A model generated the notes under the pieces. The model was not told the origin of the DNA, ran no database searches, and was given only the letters and a program-made list of their open reading frames with translations. From NCBI GenBank assembly GCA_010909165.1, contig VJWM01000222.1, positions 1-64,000 of the forward strand: a stretch of 64,000 bases of DNA, given 5' to 3'. This DNA is from Anthoceros angustus (lineage: Eukaryota > Plantae > Anthocerotophyta). The translations under genes and the position numbers were made by a program. Within the stretch, counting starts at the first letter, position 1; every line of letters begins with the position of its first letter. Below, piece by piece: positions 59,301 through 64,000 of the stretch.

Positions 59301-62300
59301 AATAAAAATAACATCCATTTCTAGCAATCAAAAACCTCACAAAACTCAAGAGCGATTGAGCCTTAAGTTACAACCCAACCCAAAAATAAAAATAACAAAG
59401 ATAACCCATTTCTAGCAATCAAAAACCCTCACAAAACTCAAGAGCGATTGAGCCTTAAGCTACAACCCAACCCAAAAATAAAAATAACAAAGATGACCCC
59501 AAAAAAAAGAATAACCTCCATTTCTAGCAATCAAAAACCCTCACAAAACTCAAGAGCGATTGAGCCTTAAGCTACAACCCAACCCAAAAATAAAGAATAT
59601 CTTTGCCAACCCAAAAATAAAAATAACAAAGATGACCCCAAAAAAAAGAATAACCTCCATTTCTAGCAATCAAAAACCCTCACAAAACTCTAAAGAGCGA
59701 TTGAGCCTTAAGCTACAACCCAACCTAAAAATAAAACCATTTCTAGCAATCAAAAACCTCACAAAAATTAAGAGCGATTGGAGCCTTAAGCTACAACCCA
59801 ACCCAAAAATAAAAATAACAAAGATAATCTACAAAAAGAAGCTAGAAACAAAACAACCATAAAGCCCTCACAAAATTGGAATCTAGCAGTAAATGTTCCC
59901 AAATCCATAGGAAAGCTCTCCGCTTAACCACAGCTTAAAGCTCATGGCGACGATTTAACCCAAAAATAAAGAATAACAAAGATAACCTCCAAAAAGAGAA
60001 GCTAGACATAAAACAACCATAAAGCCCTCACAAAATTGGAATCTAGCAGTAAATTGTCCCCAAATCCATAGTCCGTGACTCCACTAACCATTTAAAGCTC
60101 ATGGCGACGAATTCATAGTATGGAATCTAGTGTAAATTGTCCCCAAATCCATAGTCCGCACTCCAGCTTAACCGTTGCAGCTTAAAGCTCATGGCGATGA
60201 CGAATTCATAGTCCGCAGCTTAAGGGAGGGTGTCAAAGTACCGTGGTCACAAAAGTCACAGATCCCTCGGGATATCTTCAAATACAAATCTTGGTCCAAG
60301 CTGGCTTTTTCAAGTCCTTCGAGGTCGAGCAAGTTAGTCCTTCCGAGGGGTCCAAGGATCTGTAACTTTTGCACCATGGTACTTTGGTGGCGCCTGCCTC
60401 AAGCTTCGCCTATGAATTGCCATCCGCATGAGCTTTATTAAAAGCTTCAATGCGTTGTCGGAGAGCCTTCCTATGCCCCGCGAGGAGTGCCTTGTACTCA
60501 CCTTAGTAGATGAGACCTGAGGCTTTGGCTCAAGAATGCGATTTCCTAGAGTACCTTAGTAGATGAGACCTGAGGCTTTGGCTCAAGAATGCGATTTCTA
60601 GAGTACCTTAGTAGATGAGACCTGAGGCTTTGGCTGCAAGAATGCGATTTCCGATAGGTTGTTTCAACAATAAACCAAATCCAGCCCTCTTCTTGTTGGA
60701 TGCCCCGAGCACCATAGCTCCTACGACGTCATTCTAGGGATTCACTGGATTTCATAGTGTAGCTTCATCCTTTGAGAGTACGACACATCTTCCGAGCAAG
60801 CTTTCCCCATAAAACCATGGAGATCCCTACATATATATAGTGCCCAAGTCGATGTGGTCCCCAAACGCCAACCTCCCCACCACCCTCGGCGCACTACCTC
60901 ACTTCTTGCTGGCGATAACCATAGAGCTTCCTCCATAAGGATAGGCCTCAACTAAAGTTGGGGCCCCTAGAACGCCAACCTCGCACCGGTGCCCCACCAC
61001 CCCAACAGAACTTTTACTCCACTTTCATTTCGGCCGCCAACCTCGCACTCATGGGGTATCTATTTTCTTTTTGGGAGGTTATTTTGTTATTATTTTTCCT
61101 TTTGGGTTCGATTAGTCAAGTCTTAGACTCAAGATTCAAGTGTTTGCTTGGTTTAAAACAAAATTGATTGAGTCTTAGACTCAAGATTCAAGTGTCCGCT
61201 TAGTTTAAAACCTAATTGATTGGAGTCTTAGACTCAAGCGGCATTCAAGTGTCTCGCTTAGTTTAAAATAATTGAAAATTGATTGAGTCTTAGACTCAAG
61301 CAAGATTCAAGTGTCGCTTAGTTTAAAACCTAATTGATTGGAGTCTTAGACTCAAGCGGCATTCAAGTGTCCGCTTAGTTTAAAAGAATTGATTGCTCAC
61401 GCTAGCAAATGAAAGCTTTTGGTTTATGGAAACCCTTCTAAAGTTATCTGGATGGTGGGGCACTGGGGTGGTTGGCGTATTTAGAGGCAAAAGAAAGCTC
61501 GCTCGTGGTGGTGGGGCACCAGGTGCGAGGTTGGCGGTATTTAGACGCAAAAGAAAGCTCATAGGGTGGTGGGGCACTGGGGTGCGAGGCTCGCAGATTT
61601 AGAGGCAAAAGAAAGCTCACTGAGTGGTGGGGCACTGGGGTGCAAGGTTATGTATTTAAAGGCAAAAGAAAGCTCAGGGTGGTGGGGCACCAGTGCGAGG
61701 TTGGTATTTAGATCTTTCTTTTGGGTTTATAGAAACCCTTTAAAGTTTACTGGGGTGGTGAGACCTTGAAGATCCGAGCAATTTTGCTGATTGTGTGTTT
61801 CCTTCGTGGTGACAAGGCGTGATTTACAAACCCCGCCGAGCGCAAAATGGGTTGGCCACGAGATTTCGCATTGGGGATCCTCGCCTGGCGCAGACATCTT
61901 GTCATTTTGAAGATCGCCGATCCGCCTTACCCATAGGTAATGCAATCACATCCTACTTCGTGTGAAGTTTGTGGAGATAGTGTCAGAAGTTAGTTTCTCC
62001 CCATTGCCGAGGGTGTAGCTACGAGTGAGCACCATCAAGGTTAAACTCAGAAGTTAGTTTCTCCCCATTGAGGTGTAGCTACGAGTGAGCACCATCAAGG
62101 TTAAACTTTTCATAATCTCCTTGATGTATTTTTTCCGATGGAGAGTAATTGTGCCCGGATCCTGCTTCGCAAAATCAATACCAAGGCAAAATTGAAGGTC
62201 TCCTTGATTAGTCATCTCGAATTCGACGAGCATGTCCTTGACCCGAGCTAATGACCCGGCTTGCCATCACGGCCATTCTGTGGCTTGAGACGACGGTGGA

Positions 62301-63610
62301 TCCGCCTAACATCCAAACATGTAAGTCTCGAAACATTAGCACTGTCGTCAATCGCCGATATGGGCTCAACCCATTCCTCACGTGATCGCCTTTCTCTTGT
62401 TGGGTATCGAGGAGGAGGAGCAACTCCCACTTGAATGGGCTCAACCTCAACCGAAACATCAAGGTCGCAGATCAAACATGATCTTGAGTCGGATCTCAAG
62501 ATTGTAATGACTATTCGCCTTTCTCTTGTTGGGTATCGAGGAGGAGGAGCAACTCCCACTTGAATGGGCTCAACCTCAGAAACATCAAGGTCAAGATCAA
62601 ACATGATCTCAACCTCAACCGAAACATCAAGGTCAAGAAAGATCGTAAACATGATCTCAACCTCAGAAACATCAAGGTCGCAACGTAAACATGATCTCAA
62701 CCTCAATCAAAACATCAAGGTCAAAGATCGTAAACATGATCTCAACCTCAACCGAAACATCAAGGTCAGCAGATCGTAAACATGATCTCAACCTCATCCG
62801 AAACATCAAGGTCAAGATCAAACATGATCTCAACCTCAACCAAACATCAAGGTCAAGAAAGATCGTAAACATGATCTCAACCTCAACAAACATCAAGGTC
62901 AGCAGATCAAACATGATCTCAACCTCAACCAAACATCAAGGTCGCAGATCGTAAACATGATCTCAACCTCAATCAAAACATCAAGGTCAAGCAGATCGTA
63001 AACATGATCTTCTCGAGTCGGATCTCAAGATTGTAATGACTATTCACCATCTCCGAGTCATGTGCATCGCAGAAGATGAACAGCCTCACCCTCATCAACA
63101 CATGGTTCCCGAGATTGTGGGACCACATCATGCATCAAGCAAAATTGTCTTGAGAAGGAACCTCCGTCCTCGGATACTCATAAGGTACCGAGGTTGTTGA
63201 ATGTCACTGTCTGGGGAGAGCTCTGATGAAGATGATCTAGCACTGTGTGGATAATACAAATTTCATACATGAGTATCGACCTTGGCGCAGCCTGGGAAGC
63301 ATGCACTTATAGACAAGGTAATCTTCAAAGTGACCGGGTCAAAGCTTGTAAGCCTTAGACTCTTCGTAATAGTCTAGAAAAATTAATGGTCGTGACTTGT
63401 CATCTAACTTGGCTTCGTGTACATAGGCAAACGTGACCAAGACTCGAGGTGTAAAATCCACAAGGAGACTAGAACCTTCAGCTACAATCCATGAAGAGTA
63501 GTCTAGAAAAATTAATGGCTGTGACTTGTCATCTAACTTCTTGCGTTTGGCTTCAGGTACATAGGCAAACGCTGGTGACCCGAAGACTCTGAGCTGTAAA
63601 ATCCACAAGG
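50360..63610 (-). repeat. Array units 8 (partial), 9 (53986-58835) and 10 (58836-63610): the cleanest head-to-tail run
   Basis: Contiguous units with a period of ~4.8-4.85 kb. Confidence 0.9.
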
Positions 63611-64000
63611 TGTAACGCGTCCAGCATCAAGTTCTATGCCCAGCCAGATCTTCCAGGACATAGTCTTGGTTTCTGCTAGAAGGAGCTCACGAAAGTGGTC
63701 GCCAGTTTTGGTCTCTTATAGTCAAGGCCAGAACAACCTCGCTTGGCCTAATAATTGAGCACGTTTCTTGTTCATGTAACCACTATTTACCCTATTTCTA
63801 CCTATCCGCTAATTAGGATTAATATTCCTATCTATCCGCTAATTAGGATTAATTCTACTTAATGCCTACGTTCCTAACGCTACATAATTAACCAAGTTTC
63901 TTATACACGTTTCTTGTTCATGTAACCACTATTTACCCTATTTCTACCTATCCGCTAATCGGCGGTGGCGGGCCGCTCCTCTTTGTAGCATGCGAGGCCA
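63611..64000. mobile_element. Probable LTR of a third retrotransposon insertion, running off the right edge
   Basis: The array stops abruptly at ...ATCCACAAGG and new sequence begins TGTAAC, a typical LTR start. It is AT-rich with internal duplications. No second LTR or TSD is visible in the window. Confidence 0.55.

Larger units (their letters stand above)
2407..63610 (-). repeat. Tandem macrosatellite of a ~4.85-kb copia-derived composite unit (about 9-10 full or partial copies), interrupted by gypsy elements
   Basis: The junction ...AGAACCTTC(AG)CTACAATCC|AACCCAAAA... recurs at ~22810, 38762, 53986 and 58836. The uninterrupted period 53986->58836 is 4850 bp, and sub-block order is the same in every copy. 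Confidence 0.9.

Noticed and set aside
2407-63610. rDNA or 5S array with intergenic subrepeats
   Set aside because: No recognisable 18S, 5.8S, 25S or 5S sequence. The unit is built from pol fragments.
540-63610. All coding remnants lie on the minus strand
   Set aside because: This reflects only three or four independent events, the rest being amplification, so it is compatible with chance.

Overview
Eukaryotic, plant-like heterochromatic DNA with no intact host gene, rRNA gene or tRNA gene that I can support. From ~2.4 kb to 63.6 kb the window is a head-to-tail tandem array of a ~4.85-kb composite unit. Read on the minus strand, the unit is: a Ty1/copia integrase C-terminal (SH3-like) fragment, duplicated; a linker with a hypervariable ~42-bp coding repeat; an internally deleted copia RT; a 60-bp x5 array; a 57-bp palindromic x5 array; an RNase HI (archaeal/Tat-type)-like remnant; and A/C-rich 85-110-bp arrays. 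Three LTR insertions interrupt the array. (1) A near-full-length chromoviral Ty3/gypsy element at 6724-12490 with two LTRs, PBS, PPT and an AATCC target-site duplication. (2) A second, related chromovirus, 5'-truncated and co-amplified with the array as a 10-16-kb higher-order repeat (3 copies). (3) The probable start of another LTR at 63611. The left 2 kb holds a frameshifted ORF with ParB/Srx-like motifs. The sequence is dense in 1-3-bp indels and local 50-250-bp duplications, so some degeneracy may be read or consensus error. Most coordinates are approximate (+/- tens of bp), and all homology calls come from motif recognition, not from a search.
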